From contig CAVZUZ010000012.1 of the NCBI GenBank assembly GCA_963778565.1, positions 1,400,827-1,464,826 on the forward strand: a DNA stretch of 64,000 bases, in the 5' to 3' direction. This stretch comes from Thermoanaerobaculaceae bacterium. Lineage in GTDB: Bacteria; Acidobacteriota; Thermoanaerobaculia; Multivoradales; UBA5704. This document shows, piece by piece, positions 63,818 through 64,000 of the stretch. The position numbers were made by a program, and so were the translations under genes. Position 1 is the first letter of the stretch, and every line of letters starts with the position of its first letter. The notes beneath the pieces were generated by a model that ran no database searches, was not told the origin of the DNA, and saw only the letters and a program-made list of their open reading frames with translations.

Positions 63818-64000
63818 TGGCTGAAAGCGCCCACGTGGACACCTTCTGCCGCGACAACCTGCCGCCGCGCGAGCTGTGGCCGGACATGGACTACACGCGC
63901 CTGCCCGAGCTCGCCGCCTATCCGCCGCGCCTCAATTGCGCCGCCGAGCTGCTCGACCGCGCCGTCGAGCGCGGCTGGGGCGGCCGCACCCTCCTCCACT
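63818..64000 (+). CDS. aryl-CoA ligase (2-aminobenzoate/benzoate-CoA ligase-like), N-terminal fragment continuing beyond window
   Basis: GTG 63818; VAESAHVDTFCRDNLPPRELWPDMDYTRLPELAAYPPRLNCAAELLDRAVERG resembles the N-terminus of aminobenzoate/benzoate-CoA ligases. Confidence 0.5.

Overview
This is a high-GC (about 65-70%) bacterial chromosomal segment with two lower-GC islands, at about 1.8-6.7 kb and 36.4-38.7 kb. It carries about 50 genes, and at least 11 otherwise intact genes each show a single apparent 1-bp indel that splits the reading frame, so the assembly is probably indel-prone (draft or long-read) unless a run of recent pseudogenes. From left to right the window holds the 3' end of a glutamine synthetase gene, an NDP-sugar pyrophosphorylase, a lower-GC island encoding two hypotheticals and a 769-aa protein built around a ROK-like sugar-kinase fold, then rmlC and rmlB, uppP, a chalcone-isomerase-like secreted protein, an ECF sigma/anti-sigma pair with a bactofilin-like membrane protein, recD2, a sigma-54 activator and pdxJ. 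Next comes an unusual 15-kb glycan- or peptide-modification cluster with five radical SAM enzymes (four in tandem, one fused to a CgeB-like glycosyltransferase), sugar-modifying enzymes (a DegT aminotransferase continuous in-frame with a Gfo/Idh/MocA oxidoreductase, an epimerase, a deacetylase, a GT1 glycosyltransferase and a Glf-like flavoenzyme) and a kexin-like S8 protease. After two toxin-antitoxin-like modules, one of them truncated by a low-GC insertion, lies a striking tandem array of five paralogous di-heme c-type cytochromes, one fused to a GMC flavoprotein oxidoreductase and one carrying a G/Y/Q-rich low-complexity domain. The right end holds an aromatic-acyl-CoA catabolic set (FAD monooxygenase/OYE fusion, crotonase, acyl-CoA dehydrogenase) whose genes are separated by copies of a roughly 250-bp inverted-repeat MITE/REP-like element, then a long CN-hydrolase, a ParA-like ATPase with a degenerate Walker A, a GAF-PAS histidine kinase, a receiver protein, and the start of an aryl-CoA ligase gene.
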